Part shown: positions 36,659 through 46,121 of the stretch, in pieces
How positions within the stretch are numbered: the first letter of the stretch is position 1
How the letters are laid out: every line of letters begins with the position of its first letter
Origin: an uncultured Desulfurococcales archaeon
Lineage (GTDB): Archaea > Thermoproteota > Thermoprotei_A > Sulfolobales > WANQ01
Assembly: GCA_964467535.1 (NCBI GenBank)
Contig: CAYXRT010000008.1
Coordinates: 3,932-67,931 of the forward strand
Direction: 5' to 3'
Length of the DNA: 64,000 nucleotides
Translations under genes and position numbers: made by a program
The notes under the pieces: generated by a model
Seen by the model: the letters and a program-made list of their open reading frames with translations, nothing else
Database searches by the model: none
Told to the model about the DNA's origin: nothing

Positions 36659-37314
36659 GAATAGAGAAGTTATTAAGGATAGGCGCTGAGGCAAACTTAT
36701 ATATTGGAACATTTTTGGGATATAGAGTAATTATAAAGTACAGAATAAGAAAGGAATATAGAGATCCGCTTTTAGACCAAGAAATAAGGAAGAAGAGAAC
36801 CATTACTGAGGCTAGGATAATAAATAGTGTAAGAAGACTTGGAATAAAGGCTCCAGCAATACTATTAGTAAATCCAGTTACAGCTACAATTGTGCTAGAA
36901 TACATTGAAGGGATATTGCTAAGAGATTATCTTATGGAAAATCCTACATCAGATAAAATACCTCAAATTATGGAAAAAGTAGGAGAATATATAGGGATAC
37001 TGCATTCAAATAAAATAATTCATGGGGATCTAACTACATCAAACATAATATTACATAAAAACTATACGCCTGTGTTAATAGATTTTGGATTATCTTATTG
37101 GAGTGACGATATCGAAGACTATGGAACTGATATGCATTTAATGCTAAGAAGTCTAGAGAGTACCCATCCATTACAAGCACATAGATATTTCAAATACATA
37201 ATAGAAGGATATAAGAAGATAAGAGGAGAGCAAGTAACTAGAGATGTACTAGACAAGATTCGTGAAATAAGGTTGAGGGGTAGATATATAGAAGAGCGAA
37301 GAATTAAGAGGTGA
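36646..37314 (+). CDS. bud32: Bud32 atypical kinase/ATPase (KEOPS)
   Basis: 222 aa; 'GAEANLY' and 'IIHGDLTTSNIIL...LIDFGLS'; overlaps kae1 by 13 nt. Confidence 0.9.
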   Translation: MEVLRIEKLLRIGAEANLYIGTFLGYRVIIKYRIRKEYRDPLLDQEIRKKRTITEARIINSVRRLGIKAPAILLVNPVTATIVLEYIEGILLRDYLMENPTSDKIPQIMEKVGEYIGILHSNKIIHGDLTTSNIILHKNYTPVLIDFGLSYWSDDIEDYGTDMHLMLRSLESTHPLQAHRYFKYIIEGYKKIRGEQVTRDVLDKIREIRLRGRYIEERRIKR

Positions 37315-37910
37315 CATCAATGAATGCTATGAGCATTAAATTATACTTTGTAACAAATAATAAAGGTAAATTTCTTGAGGCATCCAGCATACTTAGAAGA
37401 TACAATATTGAATTAATACAGATAGATACTGAAAAATTAGAAATACAAAGTGACGATCTAAGGAAAATAGCCTTAAGAGCTGCTGAATACGTCTTTGAAA
37501 AAATTAGGAAGCCAATAATAGTAGAAGATGCAGGACTATTTATTAAGGCTTTAAATGGATTTCCAGGACCATATTCAAGTTATGTATTTAAAACTATAGG
37601 CATACACGGTATTTTAAAACTCATGAATGACGTCGATGATAGAAGAGCAGAGTTTAGATCTGTAGTTGTACTCAAACACCCTATCGTAGGTACAAGAATA
37701 TTCGAGGGAATTGTTAATGGGATTATATCACGAATACCTAAAGGAAGTAAGGGATTCGGCTTCGATCCTATATTCATTCCTAATGGATGTACGAAGACAT
37801 TTGCAGAAATGGATATAGAGGAGAAAAATAAATATTCACATAGGGCAAGGGCATTTAGAGCTCTAGGAGAATGGGTTCAAGAAAACTTAAAGCGCCTACT
37901 AAAATATTGA
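37311..37910 (+). CDS. Non-canonical purine NTP pyrophosphatase (HAM1/RdgB/ITPase family)
   Basis: 199 aa; 'FVTNNKGKFLEA', 'VEDAGLFIKALNGFPGPYSS', 'GFGFDPIF' and 'SHRARA'. Confidence 0.9.
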   Translation: MTSMNAMSIKLYFVTNNKGKFLEASSILRRYNIELIQIDTEKLEIQSDDLRKIALRAAEYVFEKIRKPIIVEDAGLFIKALNGFPGPYSSYVFKTIGIHGILKLMNDVDDRRAEFRSVVVLKHPIVGTRIFEGIVNGIISRIPKGSKGFGFDPIFIPNGCTKTFAEMDIEEKNKYSHRARAFRALGEWVQENLKRLLKY

Positions 37911-37946
37911 AGGTGTAGTCAGGGTAGGAGTGAGAGGGAAATAGTC

Positions 37947-38411
37947 ATGAATAAGGGAAGAGAAAAAGGTAAGTCACATTCAACACGTCCTGTAAGAGTA
38001 GGCCCACCAAAGTGGGTCAGATTTTCACCAGAGGAAATAGAAGGTCTAATTATCGAGCTAGCTAGAAAAGGATATCCTCCATCAATGATAGGAATAATAT
38101 TAAGAGATCAGTATGGAATACCATTAGTAAAACCAATATTAGGTAAAAAGCTAACAAAAGTCCTTGAAGAGCATGGTTTAGCGCCACCTTTACCTGAGGA
38201 CTTACTTAACTTGATAAAGAAAGCTGTAAATCTTAGAAGGCATCTAGAAGAACATCCAAAGGACTATCATGCTAAGAAGGGTCTCATAGATTTAGAGTCG
38301 AAAATACATAGATTAATAAAATATTATAAAAGGGTTGGGAAACTCCCACCTGACTGGAAATATGATCCTGAAAGAGCTAAATTATTAGTATCAAGTCTAT
38401 ATCAAGCTTAA
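37947..38411 (+). CDS. rps15: Ribosomal protein S15 (uS15 / S13e)
   Basis: 154 aa; 'KGKSHSTRP', '[21 protein letters not shown]' and '[15 protein letters not shown]'. Confidence 0.95.
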   Translation: MNKGREKGKSHSTRPVRVGPPKWVRFSPEEIEGLIIELARKGYPPSMIGIILRDQYGIPLVKPILGKKLTKVLEEHGLAPPLPEDLLNLIKKAVNLRRHLEEHPKDYHAKKGLIDLESKIHRLIKYYKRVGKLPPDWKYDPERAKLLVSSLYQA

Positions 38412-38607
38412 CTATCTTTCTATGAGGTAGATAATCTTACCGTCAACCATTATTGGCGATGAAACTGCGATAATAACATCCTTAGCTCCCAAGTTCTTTA
38501 AACTTGTAGAAAAGTATCGTGCAGTAAACATAAGCTCATATCCCGTCCTAGATCCAATAATTGCTTCAGCTATAATATTAAGAACTCTCGTTCATAGTGA
38601 TGTAGAA

Positions 38608-39702
38608 GTGCAAATAATATACAGTATAACGCCTTTCATCCAAGATGATGTACTCAATATAGTACTTGGCTATCCTCAACACATATCTCTTGAACACGTT
38701 AACGAACATACAATAGACATAAGGTATGGGATTAGATACGTAAAGTCACGAGAGAAGTTAACTCAAGTAAGTACATCATCCTCACTTACGGGATTCATAA
38801 TACAACTATTAGAAGAACAGCTTTTAGTTCCTAATAACGTTTGGTCATTCTACACTTCATTGATATGTATAAATGAAACTAAAGGAGTAGACAGCAAGAT
38901 TATTGAAATGTTAGGTAGAGAACGAATAATAGAAGTTTATACAACAATGCTAAAGCTTTTTGAATGGCATAAAAGACCTATATGCTCTGCAATCTCAATA
39001 ACCCTTAACCCATACATACCCAAGTTCTCATCAAATATAGAGGAATGCCTATCCTTTACTAAGGAATTAGGGCTAAATGCAAATACGAAGATCAGCGATC
39101 TATCTCCAAAGGATATAGCATTACTAGCAAGTAGGCTATATGAAGTACTAACTAAGTCCAGTAGAAAAAAGAGAAATCCAAATGAATTATTAGGAAAAGT
39201 GTATATAATGTCAAACTATGCAGCACCAATAACCGAAGATCCAAGATACCTACACTACATCTTATTAACTACACTAGAAAAGGAAGGTCCATATAAAGTA
39301 ATTGCTCCTCTAATAAATGATATATACTGGTATGATCTAGGCTTAACGATGGAGAATGAAATAACTATAATCCATGAAGTAGTTGACATGATATTAGAGA
39401 ACAAGCTAAAATTATCAAGTACTAGAAATAGCGTAATACTTGAATATGAAAAACGTCTTCCTATAGTAATCGTAGGTGAAATATTAGAATCATTAGGAAT
39501 AATTCCTGAAGGTAATATTTTAATCCAGTGTACTAGCAAGGAAAACTGTTTTACATCAATTACTGAAATTATGAGGGCGAAAAAGAAGATTATTGTAGAT
39601 GAAGCAGTAAGGGAGGGTTATTGGGATCCTAAAAGTCCATGGATTATCGAGCTTGGTGAATTAAGTAAACTTCATCATAAAGCATTAAAGGTGGTAGCAT
39701 GA
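38608..39702 (+). CDS. RecJ/Cdc45-like DHH-superfamily protein with degenerate catalytic motifs (start unresolved; the frame is open from 38431)
   Basis: The position directly after rps15 is the conserved slot for the archaeal RecJ/Cdc45-like gene. The upstream in-frame stretch (38431-38607) contains 'VNISSYPVLDPIIASAIILRTL', resembling a degenerate DHH motif I/II. No intact DHH or GGGH motifs are seen. Confidence 0.5.
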   Translation: MQIIYSITPFIQDDVLNIVLGYPQHISLEHVNEHTIDIRYGIRYVKSREKLTQVSTSSSLTGFIIQLLEEQLLVPNNVWSFYTSLICINETKGVDSKIIEMLGRERIIEVYTTMLKLFEWHKRPICSAISITLNPYIPKFSSNIEECLSFTKELGLNANTKISDLSPKDIALLASRLYEVLTKSSRKKRNPNELLGKVYIMSNYAAPITEDPRYLHYILLTTLEKEGPYKVIAPLINDIYWYDLGLTMENEITIIHEVVDMILENKLKLSSTRNSVILEYEKRLPIVIVGEILESLGIIPEGNILIQCTSKENCFTSITEIMRAKKKIIVDEAVREGYWDPKSPWIIELGELSKLHHKALKVVA

Positions 39703-40001
39703 AAATCAAAGCAACTCTTAAACTGGAAATAATATTTCCAGATACGAAGTCAGCACAGACCGTGTATTTGGCTTTAAAACCCGATAATAGATTTGAATGC
39801 AAAGATCTAAAACTTATAGATATAATTAAGAACAATAATATTATTTATATAATAGAGTTCCTTGGTGACGTAACGAGTATTTTGAAAATTAGGAACACTG
39901 CAGATGATATATTAGAGCATATTTCATTAGTTACGAAAATGCTAGATAATGTTACGAAAAGAATTAATACCACTAAAAAACCAACTAACACCACTGGATG
40001 A
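39699..40001 (+). CDS. Pcc1-like small protein (possible KEOPS Pcc1 paralog)
   Basis: 100 aa; 'ATLKLEIIFPDTKSAQTVYLALKPD' and '...IIYIIEFLGDVTSILKIRNTADDILEHISLVTKML' follow the Pcc1-family pattern (beta-beta, then an A.D...LR..N..L helix); 4-nt overlap with the upstream gene. Confidence 0.5.
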   Translation: MKIKATLKLEIIFPDTKSAQTVYLALKPDNRFECKDLKLIDIIKNNNIIYIIEFLGDVTSILKIRNTADDILEHISLVTKMLDNVTKRINTTKKPTNTTG

Positions 40002-40015
40002 AGGTGTAGATAGCC

Positions 40016-40648
40016 ATGTCGAGAGCTATAAGAGATAAATGGAAATTAAAGAAATGGTATACAGTAGTAGCGCCACCTGTATTTGGAGAATCAGTACTAG
40101 GTACAACGCCTGCCGATGATCCAGATAAGTTAATAGGCAGGGTCATGGAGGTAACACTTTATGATCTTACAGGCGACTTCACATTAGTTCATGTTCACTT
40201 GTTCTTCCAGATAATTAAAGTTGAAGGAGATAAAGCATATACCCGCTTTAAAGGTCATGAACTTGCAAGAGACTACATGAAAAGCTTAATAAGAAGAAAG
40301 AGCAGTAAGGTGCAAGGAATATTTGATGTAACTACAAAGGATGGATATGGTCTAAGAATAACAGCAGTAGCATTAACAACATATAGATGTAAGACATCAC
40401 AAAAGAAAGCAATAAGGAAAATAATGGGCGAGATAATAACTAAGAGAGCAAGTGAAATGACATTTGATGAACTAATACAAGCAATGCTTTTTGGTAAACT
40501 AAGCGCTGAAATATTTGAAGCAGCAAAGAAGATATATCCATTAAGAAAAGTTGAAGTATATAAGTCAAAACTATTAACTATACCCGGACCTCAAGGTCCT
40601 CAACCAGCTGTAGTAGTATCACCATTAATGTTTAAGAGTAGGAGATAA
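40016..40648 (+). CDS. rps3ae: Ribosomal protein S3Ae (eS1)
   Basis: 210 aa; 'KWKLKKWYTVVAPPVFGE' and 'LIGRVMEVTLYDLTGDF'. Confidence 0.95.
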   Translation: MSRAIRDKWKLKKWYTVVAPPVFGESVLGTTPADDPDKLIGRVMEVTLYDLTGDFTLVHVHLFFQIIKVEGDKAYTRFKGHELARDYMKSLIRRKSSKVQGIFDVTTKDGYGLRITAVALTTYRCKTSQKKAIRKIMGEIITKRASEMTFDELIQAMLFGKLSAEIFEAAKKIYPLRKVEVYKSKLLTIPGPQGPQPAVVVSPLMFKSRR

Positions 40649-40670
40649 CAAAAAGTAAAATGATAAAGAC

Positions 40671-41774
40671 ATGAGTAAAGATTTAGAACCAATAGATATT
40701 CTCATAAAAACAAGGCTAGGCTTTGAAAGAATAGTAGCAAGTAGAGTAAAGGAACTTGAACCTGGAATAAAGGTAGTACCTGCACCTTTAGGCTTCTTAG
40801 GTCTTATAACAATCTCCAATTCTAGAGACAAGTACCATTTAGCACAGTTAATTAAAGAGCATGTACTAGAAGCAGAAAAAGTGATTATAGTTGAAAAAAC
40901 TACAAAAGCTGATCCATATATAATAGCTAAAGAAGCAGCTAAACTAGCTTCTTCAAAGATCACTCCTAATGAAACGTTTGCAGTAAGAACTACAAGAAGA
41001 GGAAAACATAACTTCACAAGTATAGACGTAAATATAGTAGTTGGGGATGCTGTAAGAAGAGAAACAAATGCAACAGTTAATCTAAAGTATCCAGATAAAA
41101 TAGTTCTCGTAGAAATAATAAGAGACATAGCATTAATATCAATAATACCAGGTAGCGAAGAATATAAGAAGTTACGACCAGGTAAACACCCTATCTATAA
41201 TATATTTAGGAAAATGGCAGTAATTCAAATGCCGTATCTAGGACCATTAGATGCTGTAAAAGTTATGGGGACTCGTATAGGAAGAGAAGTACAAAACTTC
41301 GAAATTAAAGAGCTAGTTATCGCACCTATAGGAGCAATTGACGCTATACAACTCAAAACTTTCATAGAGGGAGTAATAGAGGGTATAGAATCAAGATATG
41401 AAATTCAAAGAAAAAGCTATGGAAGAGGAGTTCAAAAGGTTAAGGTATTAATCCAAGATCTTTACCAACTAGTAAGAGATAGAAGTAACGAAGTAATCAT
41501 AGTATTTGAACCTGAAGGAGAACCTATTTCCAGATTAACAAATGAACTTGAAGAACTAATCATAAAGTCAAGGAAAAGAGTGAATTTACTTTTTGGGTCG
41601 AGAGAAGGAATACCACTAGGAATCTATAGGCATGCAGATTTAGTAGTGGATTTAGCGCCAGGAGTAACTCTTTCAACAGACTATGCAGCAGCTGCTGCAT
41701 TAATAGCTATATCTACACTTCTATATGATAGAGTAGGGGGGTCTATTGAAGGCATTAATTCTAGCAGCAGGTGA
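40671..41774 (+). CDS. THUMP-domain protein fused to a SPOUT-like (trefoil-knot) methyltransferase domain; predicted RNA methyltransferase of unknown target
   Basis: 367 aa. N-terminal THUMP pattern 'TFAVRTTRRGKHNFTSIDVNIVVGDAV...VNLKYPDKIVLVEIIRDIA'. C-terminus 'VNLLFGSREGIPLGIYRHADLVVDLAPGVTLSTDYAAAAALIAIS' resembles SPOUT motifs 2/3. Confidence 0.5.
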   Translation: MSKDLEPIDILIKTRLGFERIVASRVKELEPGIKVVPAPLGFLGLITISNSRDKYHLAQLIKEHVLEAEKVIIVEKTTKADPYIIAKEAAKLASSKITPNETFAVRTTRRGKHNFTSIDVNIVVGDAVRRETNATVNLKYPDKIVLVEIIRDIALISIIPGSEEYKKLRPGKHPIYNIFRKMAVIQMPYLGPLDAVKVMGTRIGREVQNFEIKELVIAPIGAIDAIQLKTFIEGVIEGIESRYEIQRKSYGRGVQKVKVLIQDLYQLVRDRSNEVIIVFEPEGEPISRLTNELEELIIKSRKRVNLLFGSREGIPLGIYRHADLVVDLAPGVTLSTDYAAAAALIAISTLLYDRVGGSIEGINSSSR

Positions 41775-43047
41775 GGGAAAAAGGTTAGAACCAATAACAC
41801 ATACAAGGCCTAAGCCGCTAATACCTATCTTAAATAAACCATTAATAGACTACACCTTAGACTCCTTAGTAGAGCTAGGTATAAAGGATATAGTTGTTGT
41901 TGTAGGATATTTAAAAGAAAAATTAATGAACTATCTGAAAAGTAAATGGAGTAATTTAAATCTGACATTTGTAGATCAAGAGGTTGCGCTGGGCACAGGT
42001 CATGCAATTAAAGTAGCTGAAAAACATCTAGGTAATGAGTTCATTGTAATATATGGTGACTTACTACTATCAAAGGAGTTTATTAAAAGGGTAATTAATT
42101 CAAAGGAACAAGCTATAGGAGGGGTACCAGTACATAATCCTAAGGAGTATGGTGTTCTAATATGTGAAGGAAGTGTCTTAAGGAGAATCATTGAAAAACC
42201 ACATACAGATATAGGTTCAAACATAGTTAATGCAGGGGTATACAAATTCAGCTATGATGTATTTCATTATCTTGATAAAATATCAAAATCTCCTCGAGGA
42301 GAATACGAGCTAACTGATGCTATTAACTTAATGGTATCTGATGGTATTAAGGTAAAGGTGATTAAAGCAAATAAAGGAGAGTGGTTTGAAGTAGGTAAGC
42401 CATGGGATTTGTTAAACATAACTGAAGAATTACTAAGATCAACTCTAAGTACCACAGTAATCAATGGAGAAGTAGAAGAATTTGTTAAAATTAAGGGACC
42501 AGTCATAATTGAGGAAGGAGCAAAAGTAAGAAGTGGAACATACATAATAGGCCCTGCAATCATAGGAAAGAATGTGATAATAGGACCTAATTCATACATT
42601 AGACCATATACAGTAATAGGTGAAGGAGCAAGAATAGGCCACGCAGTAGAAGTTAAATCAAGCATACTAATGGAACATGCAACAGCAATGCATTTAGCAT
42701 ACATAGGTGATAGCATTATATGTGAACATGTAAACTTAGGCGCAGGAACCATTACAGCAAATTTAAGGTTCGACGAAAAAGAAGTAAAGATGAATATAAA
42801 AGGAGTTAGAATGAGTAGTGGTAGAAAAAAGTTAGGTGCTATCATAGGAGCTTATGTCAGAACAGGAATAAATGTATCATTAATGCCAGGAGTTAAGGTA
42901 GGAGCATATTCATGGATTGCTCCTGGAGCAGTAGTAGATAAAGATGTACCACCTTATACGTTCGTTAAATTTAAAGTAGAATATTATAAGGAGGATTTAA
43001 GAGAAAGATTAAAGACCGTTACCTACCTAAGCCAGCAACAATTTTAA
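41746..43047 (+). CDS. Bifunctional sugar-1-phosphate nucleotidyltransferase / acetyltransferase (GlmU-like, left-handed beta-helix C-terminus)
   Basis: 433 aa; 'KALILAAGEGKRLEPITHTRPKPLIPI' (NTP-transferase G-loop) and C-terminal hexapeptide repeats ('IGPNSYI...IGEGARIG...IGDSIICEHVNLGAGT'); TTG start. Confidence 0.85.
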   Translation: MKALILAAGEGKRLEPITHTRPKPLIPILNKPLIDYTLDSLVELGIKDIVVVVGYLKEKLMNYLKSKWSNLNLTFVDQEVALGTGHAIKVAEKHLGNEFIVIYGDLLLSKEFIKRVINSKEQAIGGVPVHNPKEYGVLICEGSVLRRIIEKPHTDIGSNIVNAGVYKFSYDVFHYLDKISKSPRGEYELTDAINLMVSDGIKVKVIKANKGEWFEVGKPWDLLNITEELLRSTLSTTVINGEVEEFVKIKGPVIIEEGAKVRSGTYIIGPAIIGKNVIIGPNSYIRPYTVIGEGARIGHAVEVKSSILMEHATAMHLAYIGDSIICEHVNLGAGTITANLRFDEKEVKMNIKGVRMSSGRKKLGAIIGAYVRTGINVSLMPGVKVGAYSWIAPGAVVDKDVPPYTFVKFKVEYYKEDLRERLKTVTYLSQQQF

Positions 43048-44245
43048 TAACATCATTATCCTTGAGAACGTAGTCTTCACCAACTCTCTGCTTAGTTCTA
43101 GCATTAATAGCGTAAATGAAAGACTTACCTAGATCTGTATGAACCATATATGCTAATTCCCTAGCAGTAGTTCCTTCTCTAACAAGGTATGCATCCGGTA
43201 GAACATTTCCATAATGGTCAGTATACTTGTTATGATCTTCAACAGGATAAACAGTAATTAATTTAAGTACGTCAAAGAAAGCGCTGTTAATGACTTGCTG
43301 TACACCGGTATAGCCCCATTTCTTTAAAACTCTTTCCTTAATGAACTCCAAAGCTCTAATCTGTTTACTAGTAAGTTTGGATTCATTAATAATGGTGAAA
43401 TCAGGATCACCAGGTAGGTATTCAATTAACTTCATTTTGGCAGCTCTTCTTAATGCTAATTCAGCTTCAGAACTTACGGGTATGATAACTCTATTGGGTA
43501 GCTCCTTCTTCATCCTCTTGATGTTATCCTCGGCTTCAGGTATATCTGATTTATTCGCAGCAATAATCATAGGCTTCGATATTTCTCTAAGCTTTCTTGT
43601 AAATTCTCTTAACTCCTCTTCCCTCCATGTGCTAAGCTTAGTTCCTTCAAGCCTAGCAGCTCTTAAAGCTTCAATAACATGATATTTACGAATTGATAGA
43701 CCGGACAGTCTTTGAGTTAACGCGTCAATGACATCAACAGTGCTCGTATCTACATAGCGAGCAAATCTACTCCAATCCTTAGAAATAATTCTATAAAACC
43801 ATTCATCAACTTCTCTCTCGATTAAGATGACATCTTTAACAGGATCAGCTGTTCCAGGAGGTACGGGTTTTCCCTCTTCATCTGTTGAACCTGCTGCATC
43901 AACTACGTGAATTAATGCATCAGCTTGTCTAAGATTGTCAAGGAACTTATTACCTAAGCCCCTACCTAAGTGAGCTCCAGGTATGAGACCTGCAACATCC
44001 ATAAGCTTAACAGGTATAAATCTATAGCCTTTAATACATAGTGAATTCCTTGGATTACATCCCTTTAAACCTAAATCTACGTGAACACATTTCTTCCTTA
44101 TATAGCCAATACCAACATTTGGTTCAATTGTTGTAAAAGGCCTATTTGAAATATCAACAGTAACTAGCGTAGCAGCAGCAAAGAACGTAGATTTACCTAC
44201 ATTAGTTTTACCAACTACACCTACTAGGAATTGTGGTGGAGGCAA
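43019..44245 (-). CDS. OBG-class GTPase/ATPase of the YchF/DRG type with C-terminal TGS domain
   Basis: 408 aa; 'VGVVGKTNVGKSTFFAAAT', 'PFTTIEPNVG' and 'DVAGLIPGAHLGRGLGNKFL', plus a C-terminal TGS-like 'GEDYVLKDNDVIKI'. Confidence 0.8.
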   Translation of the reverse strand: MPPPQFLVGVVGKTNVGKSTFFAAATLVTVDISNRPFTTIEPNVGIGYIRKKCVHVDLGLKGCNPRNSLCIKGYRFIPVKLMDVAGLIPGAHLGRGLGNKFLDNLRQADALIHVVDAAGSTDEEGKPVPPGTADPVKDVILIEREVDEWFYRIISKDWSRFARYVDTSTVDVIDALTQRLSGLSIRKYHVIEALRAARLEGTKLSTWREEELREFTRKLREISKPMIIAANKSDIPEAEDNIKRMKKELPNRVIIPVSSEAELALRRAAKMKLIEYLPGDPDFTIINESKLTSKQIRALEFIKERVLKKWGYTGVQQVINSAFFDVLKLITVYPVEDHNKYTDHYGNVLPDAYLVREGTTARELAYMVHTDLGKSFIYAINARTKQRVGEDYVLKDNDVIKIVAGLGR

Positions 44246-44330
44246 TCATCTAACCCTAAATACATGGCGTAAGTTAACCTTAAAATCTCTACTACTATAA
44301 CACACCTAGCTTAGATAGCGGTTGAAAGCC

Positions 44331-45002
44331 ATGGTTCAATCAATGTACCACTATATAGCACAGCTATGGAAAAGCCCCTATGAAGGGGAGATGAGAGAGT
44401 TAGTGAGAGCTAGGATCATGGAGTGGAGGAGACAACCAGCAATAGTCAGAGTGGAGAAGCCAACAAGAATAAATAGGGCAAGAGCTCTAGGCTATAAGTC
44501 AAAAATAGGATTCATTGTTGTAAGGGTAAGAGTAAGAAAAGGAGGGCTAAGAAAACCAAGACCAAGAAGTGGTAGAAGACCGAAGAGAATGGGAGTTTAC
44601 GGCTTTGCACCAGCTAAAAGTCTAAGACTAATAGCTGAAGAAAGAGCCGCAAGAAAATATCCTAATCTTGAAGTATTAAATAGCTATTATGTAGGTGAAG
44701 ATGGATTATATAAGTGGTATGAAGTAATATTAGTTGATCCTCATCATCCAGCAATAAGAAAAGACCCGGATATAAATTGGATTACAGAGAAACAACACCG
44801 TAGAAGAGTATTTAGAGGTTTAACAAGTGCAGGAAAGAAAATGAGAGGATTAAGAAAGGCAAGGGGATTCCGTGAAACTGTTAAATATAAGTGGAAGAAG
44901 AAAATGAAGGAGAGAAAATTAAAGAAAAGGCATGAAGCTCATCGTGGTGCAAGACTAATAGCACCAGATGAAATAAGACATAAATATCATGGTGAAGAAT
45001 AA
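44331..45002 (+). CDS. rpl15e: Ribosomal protein L15e
   Basis: '[13 protein letters not shown]' and 'RPKRMGVYG'. ATG 44331 is preferred; the ORF track starts at TTG 44322. Confidence 0.95.
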   Translation: MVQSMYHYIAQLWKSPYEGEMRELVRARIMEWRRQPAIVRVEKPTRINRARALGYKSKIGFIVVRVRVRKGGLRKPRPRSGRRPKRMGVYGFAPAKSLRLIAEERAARKYPNLEVLNSYYVGEDGLYKWYEVILVDPHHPAIRKDPDINWITEKQHRRRVFRGLTSAGKKMRGLRKARGFRETVKYKWKKKMKERKLKKRHEAHRGARLIAPDEIRHKYHGEE

Positions 45003-45023
45003 AACTATGTTCAGGGTTTTCTT

Positions 45024-45455
45024 TTGGTTAAGGTAATTAAGCTAGAAATATCAACTATGGCACATGCAACAGAAGATGTAGAGAAAGTAAAGAAGGCAAT
45101 ACTTAATATAATTGACCCAGAACTACATAAACACATTAAAATAAAAATTACGACTGCAAAGGGGTATTACGGAAATCCAATAACATTATTTAAAGTCGTA
45201 TTAAGAGGTAATAAAGCATCAAAGGAATTCTCATATATAATTTCAAGACTGAATACTACAGAGAAAAAGCTTCTTTCACTCTCTTTGGAAAACAGAATAG
45301 ACGACTTTAATAATCTCTACATTAGAATTAGCAAGCAGGACGCATATTTAGGGACAATAAAAATATTTGATGGTGATGACGTAATTAAAGTAACAGCTTC
45401 ACTATCAAAAGACGTAACAATTAATGATATAAGAAGAATATTGGAAGAGAAATAA
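45024..45455 (+). CDS. DUF54/COG1325-type RNA-binding protein (predicted exosome-associated subunit)
   Basis: 143 aa; 'STMAHATEDVEKVKKAI' hallmark; conserved first gene block of the archaeal exosome superoperon after rpl15e. Confidence 0.7.
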   Translation: MVKVIKLEISTMAHATEDVEKVKKAILNIIDPELHKHIKIKITTAKGYYGNPITLFKVVLRGNKASKEFSYIISRLNTTEKKLLSLSLENRIDDFNNLYIRISKQDAYLGTIKIFDGDDVIKVTASLSKDVTINDIRRILEEK

Positions 45456-45469
45456 CATAGGCAATAAAA

Positions 45470-46117
45470 TTGACAAAATACTACTGTGAATTATACATTA
45501 AACCTAATACACTAGAAAGTGGATGGAAAATTATAGAGTTATTAGTAAAACTAAACTACAGGATTATATGCATAGAAGCATCAAATGAATTATATACTAA
45601 ATTAAGAGATAAGGCAAAGGAATGGGGAGTTAAAACTTGCAGAAGAATAACATTGAAAACAACATCGGATTCGGAAACAAAACGTAAGCTGAAAGCTATT
45701 AGGGTAAAATACGACATAGTATCCGTTCAACCACTTGGTTTGAGTGCTGCAAGATTAGCTGCAAGAGATACAAGAGTGGACTTAATACAATTAACTTGTT
45801 CATCTCAAAGATATATAGATAGAACAGAGCTTGAAATGATAAAAAAGAATAATAAGATACTTGAAATACCCTTAAAAGAATTAAGAAATAATATCTCAAA
45901 TGTATTGTTCTTAAGTAAAATTAGAAAGGTGCTCAGGGTAGTTGAAAGGCATGATATCAATATAGCTATATCATCAGCGGCTGAAACAGATACCGATGTA
46001 TGGCATCCACTTCACATAGCATCATTATTGGTGTTATTTGGACTATCTAATACCAAAGCTCTCCTAACAGTAACAAATACACCCTGTTCATTATTAACTA
46101 AGTTCAGAGGGTATTAG
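45470..46117 (+). CDS. rnp3: RNase P protein component 3 (Rpp30)
   Basis: 215 aa; the size, the position before Pop5, and 'YDIVSVQP', 'RVDLIQL' and 'AISSAA' strands are consistent with the Rpp30 TIM-barrel; TTG start. Confidence 0.7.
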   Translation: MTKYYCELYIKPNTLESGWKIIELLVKLNYRIICIEASNELYTKLRDKAKEWGVKTCRRITLKTTSDSETKRKLKAIRVKYDIVSVQPLGLSAARLAARDTRVDLIQLTCSSQRYIDRTELEMIKKNNKILEIPLKELRNNISNVLFLSKIRKVLRVVERHDINIAISSAAETDTDVWHPLHIASLLVLFGLSNTKALLTVTNTPCSLLTKFRGY

Positions 46118-46121
46118 AACG

